Positions 27,703 to 36,654 of a stretch of 64,000 nt of DNA are shown one piece after another. The translations under genes and the position numbers were made by a program. Numbering within the stretch: position 1 is the stretch's first letter; every line of letters starts with the position of its first letter. Location: positions 53,539 through 117,538 of the forward strand of contig DATFRB010000033.1 of NCBI GenBank assembly GCA_035263625.1. Direction: 5' to 3'. Below the pieces are notes generated by a model. It searched no databases, was not told the DNA's origin, and was given only the letters and a program-made list of their open reading frames with translations. This DNA is from Terracidiphilus sp. GTDB taxonomy: Bacteria > Acidobacteriota > Terriglobia > Terriglobales > Acidobacteriaceae.

Positions 27703-30700
27703 CTACTGGACTACCAGGGTTACGGTGGCGGTGGGCGCCGGGTTGATGGCTGGGCTGCCGGTGCCGGTGACGCTGAAGGTGTAGGTTCCCTTGGTGGTGC
27801 CGGGATCGGCCTGGCCTCCGCCGCCTCCGCCTCCGCCGTTGCCGCCGCCTCCGCCGCTGCAGGCCGCGAGGCTGCCGAGAGCGGCGACCAGGATGAGCAG
27901 GCCGAGCATGTTACGCCAGCCGCAGCGCCGCGCGGGGATGCCGAGGAAGACGAGCAGGGCGAGGGCCGTTCCGCCGCCTGCTCCGAGCCAACCGGGAAGG
28001 CCATTACGCTGAAGGCTAGCGGACTTGGCGGGAGTGGTCGTCATCGTGATGGTGGCAGATCCCGTGGTTGCGGTGGGGCTAAATGAGACTGGAGAACCTG
28101 CGGTGACAGAACAACCGGGAGAATCGTTGGCGCCAGTTGGCCCGTTCATCAGCATGCAAGTGAGCGTGACGCTGCCCGTGTAGACGCCGTCGGACTTGAG
28201 GGTGACCTGGGCGGTGGTGTTGCTGCCCTGGCTCACGGTGACGCTCGACGAGGGTCCGGACATGGAGTACGGCGGGTTGATTACGAGGCTAATTGTATCG
28301 GCGCCCTTGATGTAGTTGCCGTCCCCGCCATACTGGGCGCTTACACTGACGGTGCCGAAGTTGTTGAAAGAGTTGGCTGGAATGTTGAAGGTGGCGGAAC
28401 CGGTGCTGCCGAGAGGGACCTGTGGGGAGTTGTAGTTTCCGGCCGTGAGGTTCACATTGCCAGTCGGTGTGGGTTTGTTGACAGGTCCGGTCACTTGGAC
28501 AGTCACGGGCACAATCTGGTCGGACGTGACGGTCGCAGTGGGCGTGCTGACGGTTATGCCCGGCGTAAGCCTCGTCTCGGTGACGGTCACGACAACCGTT
28601 CCGGATGCAGGGGCGTAGTTGTTGTCGCCGGTGTAGTTGGCGGTGAGGGTGACAGAGCCGGCCGAGAGGTCGCCGGCTGGAATGGTAAAGGTGCCCACGC
28701 CGCTGCTGTTGAGTGCTATGGCCGGAGTGTTGAGCCCGCCGCCCGAGAGGGTAACCGATCCGGTGGGAGTGCCGATGCTGGCCGATCCCGCGACCGTGAT
28801 GGTGATCTGGTCACTCTGCTGCGTAGTGATGCTTGCCGACGCCGGGCTGACGGTGACGGTGGCGATGCCTGAGCCGAAGCCGCTTCCGCCGGTCCATGCC
28901 TGGAGGAGGAGGTTGGCGTCGACGCTGCCGATGCCGGTGGCGAGGTCGTAGCCGACGGTGGTGTCGTAGCCGGTGAGGAAGTTGTTGTTGGGGGAGTAGT
29001 TCTGGCAGTTCGGGGTGCCCGGCAAACACGGCACGGAGTTGTTGCCGAGGGTGATGTCGTGGAATGAGGCTGAAGCGCCCGCGTTGTTGTTGTTGAACAT
29101 GTCGTAGAGGGTCTGGGGCACGCTGTTGCCGAGACGGTGGCCGACCTTCTGCTGCACGAGGGCGAGGATTCCGGCAAATGCCGGAGCGGCTGCCGATGTG
29201 CCGCCGTAGCCCTCGAAGTAGAAGCCGTACGAAGAGGAACTCTGGCTGCTGCAATCGTTATAGAGCGTGGGTTGTCCCTGCGGCTGGAAGCGGTCGCTGC
29301 AGACGAGCCATGTGGCGCCGTAGAAGCCGTTGCCGGCCATGAGCGAGACGTCGGGGACATCGCGGTGGCTGTCGTTGGGCACTCCGGGGCCGCGCTGCCA
29401 GGAGGGCTTGGCATAGCCGCTGTTGCATTTGATGGTGGGCTGCTGCTGCGCGTTGAACGTTGTGCTGTTGTTGGAGCACGTGCTCGCCCCGCCGGTGCCG
29501 CTGGTTATGCTGCTGCTGCCCTGCCTGTTGAGGTACGTCACGTTGCTGGCGAGCGGGCCTATGTTTGTCGTGGTGTCATTCCACGGGGTTTCGGGAATAT
29601 AGCCTTTGGCGGAGCGGTAACTATTGGAGGAACTGGCGTTGCCGTTGACGTAGGTTGAGAAACCGGGGCCGCTGGGGTTGATGAGACCGAAGAAGTCGGT
29701 GCCTCCGACCGCGATGTTGTAGGGGGTGGATGAAAAGCCGTTGACGGCGAGCCCATAGGAAGCGGTTGTCACGTTGTTCGGGTTGTCGCAACCCGCCGAG
29801 CCGCTGTCGCCGGTGGAGACAGTGACGGCGATTCCCGCGGCGGACGCCTGTTGCCACCAGCCATTGATCGTCGTGTTCTGGGTGTTGCTGAGGAAGTCTT
29901 CGCAAAGGCCGAAGCTGACGCTGAGGATATCGATTTTCGGGTCCGCGATCGCGTTTTCAATGGCGGTTTGCAGACCGCCCTGGCTGCTACCCGCAGTGTA
30001 GAAGTGGATGGTGGCGCCGGGCGCCATGCCACCGGCGATTTCGGTGTCGAGGTAGGCTTCATCGGAGTCGCCGCCGAGGACGGCGCCGTTGTTGGAGACG
30101 GTTGGAGCGGTCGTGTCGCCGTTGAGAAAGCGCTGGCGGTAGTTGACCACGACCTGGGGCGTGATGGCCGCGTCGCCCGCGATGCCGATGGTGACGCCTG
30201 TGCCGTTGTAGCTGACGCTGGAGGACCAGTTGCCGTTGTAGGAGTTGGGAGTGTCGTAGATGGTGGCCGCGTCTGAGGGAACCATGTAAAGGAACTGATT
30301 CGGAGCGGTGCCGACGGTGAATTCAGGCGATGGGCGCAAGTTTTCCGGGGCCTGCTCTACGAATTGCTGGAGCTGGGGGTCGTATTGACCGGAGGGGCCG
30401 CGGGCTAGGTGCGAGCGGGGCTGAAACGTGGTGAGGCCGGTGACGCCCATGACGACGGGGGCTAGTGCGGAGGGAATCTGCGGCTCCGTAACGTTTCCGA
30501 AGTACTGCTGGCCGTCGTGCTGGAAGGTGTGGATCGATGTGCCGAAGGCTGACTCGATCTGGCTGACGGAGCCGGTAAAGGCAATTGAGGTGCGTCCGCT
30601 CGAGACCTGGACGGCGGTGAAGCCGCGCGACTGGAGCCAGCCGGTGATGGCGGCGATGTCGGAGTCGGACGGGCCGTAGAGATGCGCGAACTGATCCGGA

Positions 30701-31008
30701 GTGAGCCAGTGGAGATAGTTCGGCGAGCTGGGATCGAGCTGCTCGGCCATGAACTTTTCGAGCGCGGCCTCCTGGGCCTGGGATCGGGTGAGGACGAGGC
30801 GCATGAATGGGATGACGGCGGACGGGGACGCGGCTCCGCGGTCGAATTCCGAGCGGTTCAGAGCAGACATGCTGCCGTTGAGCGTGACGCGGGCGGAGTC
30901 GTCGACCGAGGCGACGATGCGCGAGGCCGGGGCCTGGGCTTTGAGGGACGGAGCACAGAGGAGAGAAACCAAGGCAACGAGACAACAGATGGGATACAAA
31001 CGGCGCAT
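27703..31008 (-). CDS. S53 (sedolisin/kumamolisin) serine protease with pro-domain, Ig-like repeats and a C-terminal membrane segment
   Basis: Pro-kumamolisin domain (LEKFMAEQLDPSSPNYLHWLTP), catalytic EAYLD, GDSG and GGTSAAAP, and repeated Big_3-like A.Y.GD.NY modules. ATG at 31008. Confidence 0.9.
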   Translation of the reverse strand: MRRLYPICCLVALVSLLCAPSLKAQAPASRIVASVDDSARVTLNGSMSALNRSEFDRGAASPSAVIPFMRLVLTRSQAQEAALEKFMAEQLDPSSPNYLHWLTPDQFAHLYGPSDSDIAAITGWLQSRGFTAVQVSSGRTSIAFTGSVSQIESAFGTSIHTFQHDGQQYFGNVTEPQIPSALAPVVMGVTGLTTFQPRSHLARGPSGQYDPQLQQFVEQAPENLRPSPEFTVGTAPNQFLYMVPSDAATIYDTPNSYNGNWSSSVSYNGTGVTIGIAGDAAITPQVVVNYRQRFLNGDTTAPTVSNNGAVLGGDSDEAYLDTEIAGGMAPGATIHFYTAGSSQGGLQTAIENAIADPKIDILSVSFGLCEDFLSNTQNTTINGWWQQASAAGIAVTVSTGDSGSAGCDNPNNVTTASYGLAVNGFSSTPYNIAVGGTDFFGLINPSGPGFSTYVNGNASSSNSYRSAKGYIPETPWNDTTTNIGPLASNVTYLNRQGSSSITSGTGGASTCSNNSTTFNAQQQPTIKCNSGYAKPSWQRGPGVPNDSHRDVPDVSLMAGNGFYGATWLVCSDRFQPQGQPTLYNDCSSQSSSSYGFYFEGYGGTSAAAPAFAGILALVQQKVGHRLGNSVPQTLYDMFNNNNAGASASFHDITLGNNSVPCLPGTPNCQNYSPNNNFLTGYDTTVGYDLATGIGSVDANLLLQAWTGGSGFGSGIATVTVSPASASITTQQSDQITITVAGSASIGTPTGSVTLSGGGLNTPAIALNSSGVGTFTIPAGDLSAGSVTLTANYTGDNNYAPASGTVVVTVTETRLTPGITVSTPTATVTSDQIVPVTVQVTGPVNKPTPTGNVNLTAGNYNSPQVPLGSTGSATFNIPANSFNNFGTVSVSAQYGGDGNYIKGADTISLVINPPYSMSGPSSSVTVSQGSNTTAQVTLKSDGVYTGSVTLTCMLMNGPTGANDSPGCSVTAGSPVSFSPTATTGSATITMTTTPAKSASLQRNGLPGWLGAGGGTALALLVFLGIPARRCGWRNMLGLLILVAALGSLAACSGGGGGNGGGGGGGGQADPGTTKGTYTFSVTGTGSPAINPAPTATVTLVVQ

Positions 31009-31299
31009 ATGGCTTTCCTTTGCCTTTCGTGGGCGAGCCGGGGCGGGTGCTCGATGGTGCAATCCAAGGGAGCCAAGGAGATCCGTGGGCCCAGTATTTA
31101 ATTGAATCGGCTGACGGAGATGATATACGCGATTGTCAATAGAAGAGAATGAAAATCGGAATTCACGTTGGAACTGAAGTCACGGAACGAGAGCACGTTT
31201 GACCGGATTGGGAAAACCGATGGGCGTGGCGGTGCGCGAGGGGCGTGCGCGATGATAGGGATGCCGGGCCGGCGAGGGCGCGGCAGGATAGGACTGGAG

Positions 31300-32508
31300 A
31301 TGGACGGAAAGCCGGGAGGCGGGGATTCGGCGGCGATGGAACGCGCAGTGAAGGCGCTGGACGGGTTCCGGATCGAGATTCCTTCGTGGGGATTTGCGAA
31401 CACCGGGACGCGGTTCGGGAAGTTTGCGCAGGCGGCGGCGGCGACGACAATCGAGGAGAAATTTGCCGATGCCGGCGAGGTGAACCGGCTGACCGGGGCG
31501 ACTCCGACGATGGCTCTGCATGTTCTTTGGGACCTGCCGGGCGGGGGCGCGCACGACGTAGCCGAGGTTCGCAGGCTGGAGAAGCGCTACGGGGTGCGGG
31601 CAGGGTCGGTGAATCCGAATTTGTTTCAGGACCAGGAGTACAAGTTCGGATCGCTCTGCAACCCGGATGCGGAGGTGAGGGAGCGGGCGCTGGCGCACGT
31701 GGTGAAGTCGATTGAGCTGGCGCAGCAACTGGGGTCGCGGGACGTGTCGCTGTGGCTCGCGGACGGGTCGAATTACCCGGGGACGCAGAGCATGAGGCGG
31801 CGGATCGGGTGGCTGGCGGAGGCGCTCGAGGAGGCGCACGGGCACCTTTCTCCGGAGCAGCGGCTGCTGGTGGAGTACAAGCCGTTCGAGCCGGCGTTTT
31901 ATCACACGGATCTTGCGGACTGGGGCATGGCGGCGGAGATGGCCCGGAGGGCGGGCCCTCAGTCGCTGGTGCTGGTGGATACGGGGCACCACTACGCGGG
32001 GCAGAACATCGAGCAGATTGTCGCGTGGCTGCTCGAGACCGAGATGCTGGGCGGGTTCCACTTTAATGACCGGCGGTATGCGGACGACGATTTGACCATG
32101 GGGTCGATCGATCCCTACCAGGTGTTCCGGATCTTCCACGAGATTCATGCGGCGGAGGATGACGGGGTGGAGATGGATGTGGCTTACATGATCGACCAGA
32201 GCCACAACCTTAAAGGAAAGGTTGAAGCAACGGTGCAGACCGTGATGACAGCGCAGGAGTTATGGGTGAAGGCTGCACTGGTGGATCGCGGGGAGTTGCG
32301 ACGGATGCAGGATGCGTGCTCGCTGGTGGAGGCGGAGGAGCTGTTCCGCGGGGCGTTCTGGCGGGATGTGCGGCCCATGGTGGCGGCTTGGCGGGAGAAG
32401 CGCGGAGCGGCGGCGGATCCGCTGGCGGCGTTGAGGGAGAGCGGATATGTGGAGCGGTGCGCGCGGGAACGGGGAGCGAGGGTGGGGGCGGTGAGTAGTT
32501 ACGCGTAA
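31300..32508 (+). CDS. rhaI: L-rhamnose isomerase (RhaI type, TIM barrel)
   Basis: Motifs IEIPSWGFANTGTRF, LW.ADGSNYPG, EYKPFEPAFY, DTGHH, GGFHFND, DDDL and MIDQSHN. Confidence 0.88.
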   Translation: MDGKPGGGDSAAMERAVKALDGFRIEIPSWGFANTGTRFGKFAQAAAATTIEEKFADAGEVNRLTGATPTMALHVLWDLPGGGAHDVAEVRRLEKRYGVRAGSVNPNLFQDQEYKFGSLCNPDAEVRERALAHVVKSIELAQQLGSRDVSLWLADGSNYPGTQSMRRRIGWLAEALEEAHGHLSPEQRLLVEYKPFEPAFYHTDLADWGMAAEMARRAGPQSLVLVDTGHHYAGQNIEQIVAWLLETEMLGGFHFNDRRYADDDLTMGSIDPYQVFRIFHEIHAAEDDGVEMDVAYMIDQSHNLKGKVEATVQTVMTAQELWVKAALVDRGELRRMQDACSLVEAEELFRGAFWRDVRPMVAAWREKRGAAADPLAALRESGYVERCARERGARVGAVSSYA

Positions 32509-32512
32509 AAGC

Positions 32513-32547
32513 AGTGGTTAGTGATTAGTGGTTAGTGGTTAGTGGTC
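32513..32547 (+). repeat. Five tandem 7-bp units (AGTGGTT)
   Basis: agtggtt agtgatt agtggtt agtggtt agtggtc in the rhaI-rhaD spacer. Confidence 0.85.
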
Positions 32548-32570
32548 AGGCGCTGAGATTGAGGTGAGGG

Positions 32571-34784
32571 ATGAGTGAGGCTGGTGTGGCTGCGTTGAAG
32601 TTCCTGGAAGACAAGTGGGATGACAAGGTGGCGGCGGGGCTGGATGAGCCGGAGCTGCTGCGATACCGGTCGAACCTGCTGGGGTCGGATTTGCGGATTA
32701 CGAACTTTGCGGGCGGGAACACGAGCTCGAAGGTGCGGGAGGTGGATCCGCTGACGGGCGAGCGTGTGGAGGTGCTGTGGGTGAAGGGGTCGGGCGGCGA
32801 CCTGGGCAGCATCAAGCGGGCGGGGTTCGCGACCCTTTACCAGGAGAAGCTGCTGGCGCTGATTGCAAGTTACAAGGGCGTGGACGCGGAAGACGACATG
32901 GTGGGAATGTATCCGCTGTGCACGTTCCGGAATAATCCGACGGCGGCTTCGATCGATACGCCTCTGCATGGGTTTCTTCCCTTCCCTCACGTGGATCATC
33001 TGCACCCGGATTGGGGGATTGCACTGGCGGCGGCGGGGAATGGGAAGAGCAAGATGGAGGAGTTCAACCGGGAGTTCGGGCACAGGCTGGTTTGGGTGCC
33101 GTGGCTGCGGCCGGGGTTCGAGCTGGGGCTGCGGATGAAGAAGACGGTGGAGGCGAATCCGGAGTGCGACGGGATCGTGCTGGGCGGGCATGGGCTGTTC
33201 ACCTGGGGCGAGACGCAGCGCGAGTGCTATCTGAACACGATCACAATAATCGACCAGATCGGGCAGTTTATCGAGCGGCATGGGAAGTCTAAGGGACCGG
33301 CGCGGTTCGGCGGCACGGCGGTTGCGGCGCGGGAGGAGCGGACGAAGCTGGCGGTGGCGATTGCCCCTTATCTGCGCGGGCGGGTGAGCGCACAGGTGCG
33401 GTATGTTGCGAGCTTCAGCGATGCGGAGGACGTGCTCGAGTTTGTGAATGCTAAGGACGCGAAGGAACTGTCGTTCCTTGGGACGAGCTGCCCGGATCAC
33501 TTTATCAGGACGAAGATTCGGCCGCTGTTTGTGCCGTGGGCGGGGGAGGAATCGCTCGAAGATTTGAAGCGGCGGATCGATGAGGGGCTCACGGAGTATC
33601 GGCGGCTTTACCGGGAGTACTACCACTCGTTCGCTGTGGCGGATTCGCCGGCGCTGCGGGATACGAGTCCGACGGTGGTGCTGATTCAGGGGCTGGGGAT
33701 GTTCAGCTTTGGGAAGAACAGGACCGAGGCTCGGATCGTGGGCGAGTTTTACACGAACGCGATTCACGTGATGGAGGGCGCGAGCCTGCTGGCCGAGGGA
33801 GAGGTGAAGGGCGTGGTGCCGCAGTGCGGCGAGGGGATGGATCCGACCCGCTTCAAGACGTTTTCGAATTACGTGGCGCTGCCGGCGCTGGAGGCGTTCA
33901 AGATCGAGTACTGGCAGATGGAGGAGGCGAAGCTTCGGCGGCAGCCTCCGGAGAAGGAATTGAGCCGGCGGATCGCGCTGGTTGTCGGCGGAGGAAGCGG
34001 GATTGGGCGCGAGGTTGCGCTGAAGGCTGCGCAGCGCGGGGCGCACGTGATGGTGGCGGATCGCGACCAGGCGGCGGCGCAGCGCGTGGCGGACGAGTGC
34101 GCTGACGCGGCGGCGAAGGAGTTTGTGGGCGCGACGGCGCTTGATATTCGGAGCCGGGAGGCGATACGGGCGGCGCTGGAGGCGACGGTGGCGGCGTTCG
34201 GCGGCGTGGACATGCTGATCAACACGGCGGCGCTGTTTCCCTCGTCGCCGGACGGGGTGGTGAGCGATGCGATGTGGGGCACGACGCTTGAGATCAATGT
34301 GACGGCGAATTATCTATTGGCGGAAGAGGCGGGAAAGATTTTCGCGGAGCAGGGGCTGGACGGGGCCCTGGTGCTTACGAGTTCTGCAAATGCGGTGGTG
34401 CCGAAGCGCGGCAGCGAAGCGTACGACGTGAGCAAGGCCGCGGTGTCGCACCTGGTGCGCGAGCTGGCGGTGAGCATGGCTCCGAACGTGCGCGTGAACG
34501 GCGTGAGCCCGGCGACGGTGGTGAAGGGATCGACGATGTTTCCGCGGGACCGGGTGAAGGCGTCGCTCGCGAAGTACGGGATTGCGTTCGAGGAATCGAT
34601 GAGCGATGACGAATTGCGCGGGCTGCTGGCGAATTTTTACGCGCAAAGGACGCTGACGCATCAGCCGATTGAGCCGGGTGATTGCGCGGAGGCGATGCTG
34701 TACCTGGCAAGCCCAAAGGCGCGGTGCACTACGGGGCATCTGATTCCGGTGGATGGGGGGCTGGCGGAGGCGTTTTTGCGGTGA
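32571..34784 (+). CDS. rhaD: Bifunctional rhamnulose-1-phosphate aldolase / short-chain dehydrogenase
   Basis: Aldolase half with YRSNLLGSD, GGNTSSK, KGSGGD, SIDTPLH, DHLHPD and SCPDHF. SDR half with GGGSGIG and YDVSK. Confidence 0.9.
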   Translation: MSEAGVAALKFLEDKWDDKVAAGLDEPELLRYRSNLLGSDLRITNFAGGNTSSKVREVDPLTGERVEVLWVKGSGGDLGSIKRAGFATLYQEKLLALIASYKGVDAEDDMVGMYPLCTFRNNPTAASIDTPLHGFLPFPHVDHLHPDWGIALAAAGNGKSKMEEFNREFGHRLVWVPWLRPGFELGLRMKKTVEANPECDGIVLGGHGLFTWGETQRECYLNTITIIDQIGQFIERHGKSKGPARFGGTAVAAREERTKLAVAIAPYLRGRVSAQVRYVASFSDAEDVLEFVNAKDAKELSFLGTSCPDHFIRTKIRPLFVPWAGEESLEDLKRRIDEGLTEYRRLYREYYHSFAVADSPALRDTSPTVVLIQGLGMFSFGKNRTEARIVGEFYTNAIHVMEGASLLAEGEVKGVVPQCGEGMDPTRFKTFSNYVALPALEAFKIEYWQMEEAKLRRQPPEKELSRRIALVVGGGSGIGREVALKAAQRGAHVMVADRDQAAAQRVADECADAAAKEFVGATALDIRSREAIRAALEATVAAFGGVDMLINTAALFPSSPDGVVSDAMWGTTLEINVTANYLLAEEAGKIFAEQGLDGALVLTSSANAVVPKRGSEAYDVSKAAVSHLVRELAVSMAPNVRVNGVSPATVVKGSTMFPRDRVKASLAKYGIAFEESMSDDELRGLLANFYAQRTLTHQPIEPGDCAEAMLYLASPKARCTTGHLIPVDGGLAEAFLR

Positions 34785-35731
34785 GGCAGCATGGCTGCGT
34801 GGACACCATTGACTGGCTGATTGAGTCCGATTCGGCGATTGCGTGGCAGGCGATGCGGTATTTGACGGACGCTTCGCCAGCAGAGGTCGCCGCGATGTGG
34901 GCGCGGGTTGCGCGCGAGGGGATTGGCGCGGAGATTCTTGCGCGGCAGGAGGCGGACGGGGCGTGGCGGCGGGATGGCGCGCCTGGGTGGCTGACTACGC
35001 TCTTCACCATGCAACTGTTGCGTGCGACGGGCGTGGATCGTGCGGATGCTGCTGTCGAAGCTGCGGTGTCGCGGCTTGAGACGAACCTGCGTTGGAGTAA
35101 TCGGCCGAACTGGGATTTGCGCGCGGCGGAATTGGGCGGGAACCCGTTCTTTGAGGGCGAGGTGGAGCCTTGCATCAATGGTGGCGTGCTGGCGTTGGGT
35201 GGATATTTCGGACGGCCCGCGGAAGAACTTGCGAATAGGCTGGTGAGCGAGCAGCTTGAGGACGGCGGGTGGAACTGCGAGGCGCCGAAGAGCGTGCGGT
35301 CTTCGTTCCACACTACGATCTGTGTGCTGGAGGGGCTTCTCGAATATGAGGGGGCCGTCGGTTCCGCGCCGTGGGTGGCTGAGGCGCGGCGCAGGGGCGA
35401 GGAGTATCTGCTGAAGCGGTCGCTGTTTCGGCGGCTTTCCACGGGCGAGGTGGCGAATGCGGAGTTTCTCAGGTTGGCGTGGCCGCCGCGGTATCACTAC
35501 GACGTGCTGCGGGGGCTTGATTATTTCAGGGCTGTGGGCGCGAAGCCTGATGCGCGGATGGATGAGGCTGTGCGGGCGGTCGAGAGCAAGGGGCAGGCTG
35601 ACGGGCGATGGCTGCTCGACGTTTCCTATGACGAGGCGCTTGGGGTCACAATCGGCGGCGACCGAGTGGGCGAACCTAGCCGGTGGAATACGCTGCGGGC
35701 GATGCGCGTTTTGCGATGGTATAGGCGGTGA
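34781..35731 (+). CDS. Hypothetical alpha/alpha-barrel protein with prenyltransferase/squalene-cyclase-like QxxDGxW repeats
   Basis: ARQEADGAW, SEQLEDGGWNC and SKGQADGRW repeats, plus YHYDVLRGLDY and SRWNTLRAMRVL. GTG overlaps the rhaD TGA; the start is uncertain. Confidence 0.75.
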   Translation: MRQHGCVDTIDWLIESDSAIAWQAMRYLTDASPAEVAAMWARVAREGIGAEILARQEADGAWRRDGAPGWLTTLFTMQLLRATGVDRADAAVEAAVSRLETNLRWSNRPNWDLRAAELGGNPFFEGEVEPCINGGVLALGGYFGRPAEELANRLVSEQLEDGGWNCEAPKSVRSSFHTTICVLEGLLEYEGAVGSAPWVAEARRRGEEYLLKRSLFRRLSTGEVANAEFLRLAWPPRYHYDVLRGLDYFRAVGAKPDARMDEAVRAVESKGQADGRWLLDVSYDEALGVTIGGDRVGEPSRWNTLRAMRVLRWYRR

Positions 35732-35889
35732 GCAAGCTGGTCTATTGATGCGAAAGGCGAGCCCTTGCATATCTTTGTCAAGACTTGCATACTTCTGGTT
35801 TTAGCAGCATCATTGTGAGTACGATGAATCGCGCTCGTTCAAAGTCGACTACCCCTGTTCGTCACCGCAAGCCTGGACACAGCCATGCG

Positions 35890-36216
35890 ATGGAGACTGC
35901 GGTGCGCACCACGATTACCTTGTCTCCGGCGGCTCACGAGATTGTGGAACGATTCAAGAATGCGAACGGTACTTCAACGAGCGCTGCAATTGATGAGATT
36001 ATTCAGCGGAGCGAGCCGAAGCCCTCGCGGCTGAGGAAGGTCAATGGTCTGCTTGTGCTGAGCGATCCTCCCTCCAATCCTGATGACCTCTTCCACATCA
36101 CGGTAGAGGAATTTAAGGACCTGGAAGACCGGATGGACAGGGAAGCCATGGAACGGGTCCTTAAAGGCAATCGAGGAACGGTTCGCGGCGCGCGGAAGAA
36201 CGAAGCAGGGCGATGA
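35890..36216 (+). CDS. Putative antitoxin (ribbon-helix-helix-like, VapB type)
   Basis: RTTITL beta strand followed by helices and RLRKVNGLLV. The stop overlaps the PIN gene start (ATGA). An alternative start lies at 35824. Confidence 0.7.
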   Translation: METAVRTTITLSPAAHEIVERFKNANGTSTSAAIDEIIQRSEPKPSRLRKVNGLLVLSDPPSNPDDLFHITVEEFKDLEDRMDREAMERVLKGNRGTVRGARKNEAGR

Positions 36217-36644
36217 CATTTCTCCTGGACGTGAACTTACTCTTCGTGCTGCATCAGCCACGGGAAGCGTATTTCCCGATCGTGCATCGATGGTTTTCCC
36301 GCATAAGACGCGATCGGTTCGCAACGTGTCCGATCACACAGGCGGGGATGGTGCGCACGCTGATGCAAGGATTTCCCAACGGCGACCGGTTTCAAATGGC
36401 TGAAGCCCGGGAAGCACTCCGAATCTTCGTTGAACTGCCCGGACACGAGTTCTGGCCGGATGAGCCTTCGTATCTCGATGCCGCGTTGCCCTTGTTCAAG
36501 CGGATGCAGGGATATCGCCAGATCACAGATGCTTATCTGCTGGGGCTCGCTAGGCATCGCGGCGGAAAACTCGCCACTCTGGACAAAGCGATTCCGAGCC
36601 TCGCCGGCCCTGAACTGGCTGATGCAGTAGAGCTGATCGCCTAG
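36213..36644 (+). CDS. vapC: PIN-domain toxin (VapC family)
   Basis: Motifs FLLDVNLL, ATCPITQAG, QITDAYLLGLA and LATLD typical of mycobacterial-type PIN toxins. Confidence 0.88.
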   Translation: MTFLLDVNLLFVLHQPREAYFPIVHRWFSRIRRDRFATCPITQAGMVRTLMQGFPNGDRFQMAEAREALRIFVELPGHEFWPDEPSYLDAALPLFKRMQGYRQITDAYLLGLARHRGGKLATLDKAIPSLAGPELADAVELIA

Positions 36645-36654
36645 CTTCAGATCC

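Noticed and set aside
32513-32547. Tandem repeats here, at 46011-46050, or the REP cluster at 27461-27687 as a CRISPR array
   Set aside because: The units are 7-8 bp with no spacers, or are irregular palindromes, and there are no cas genes.
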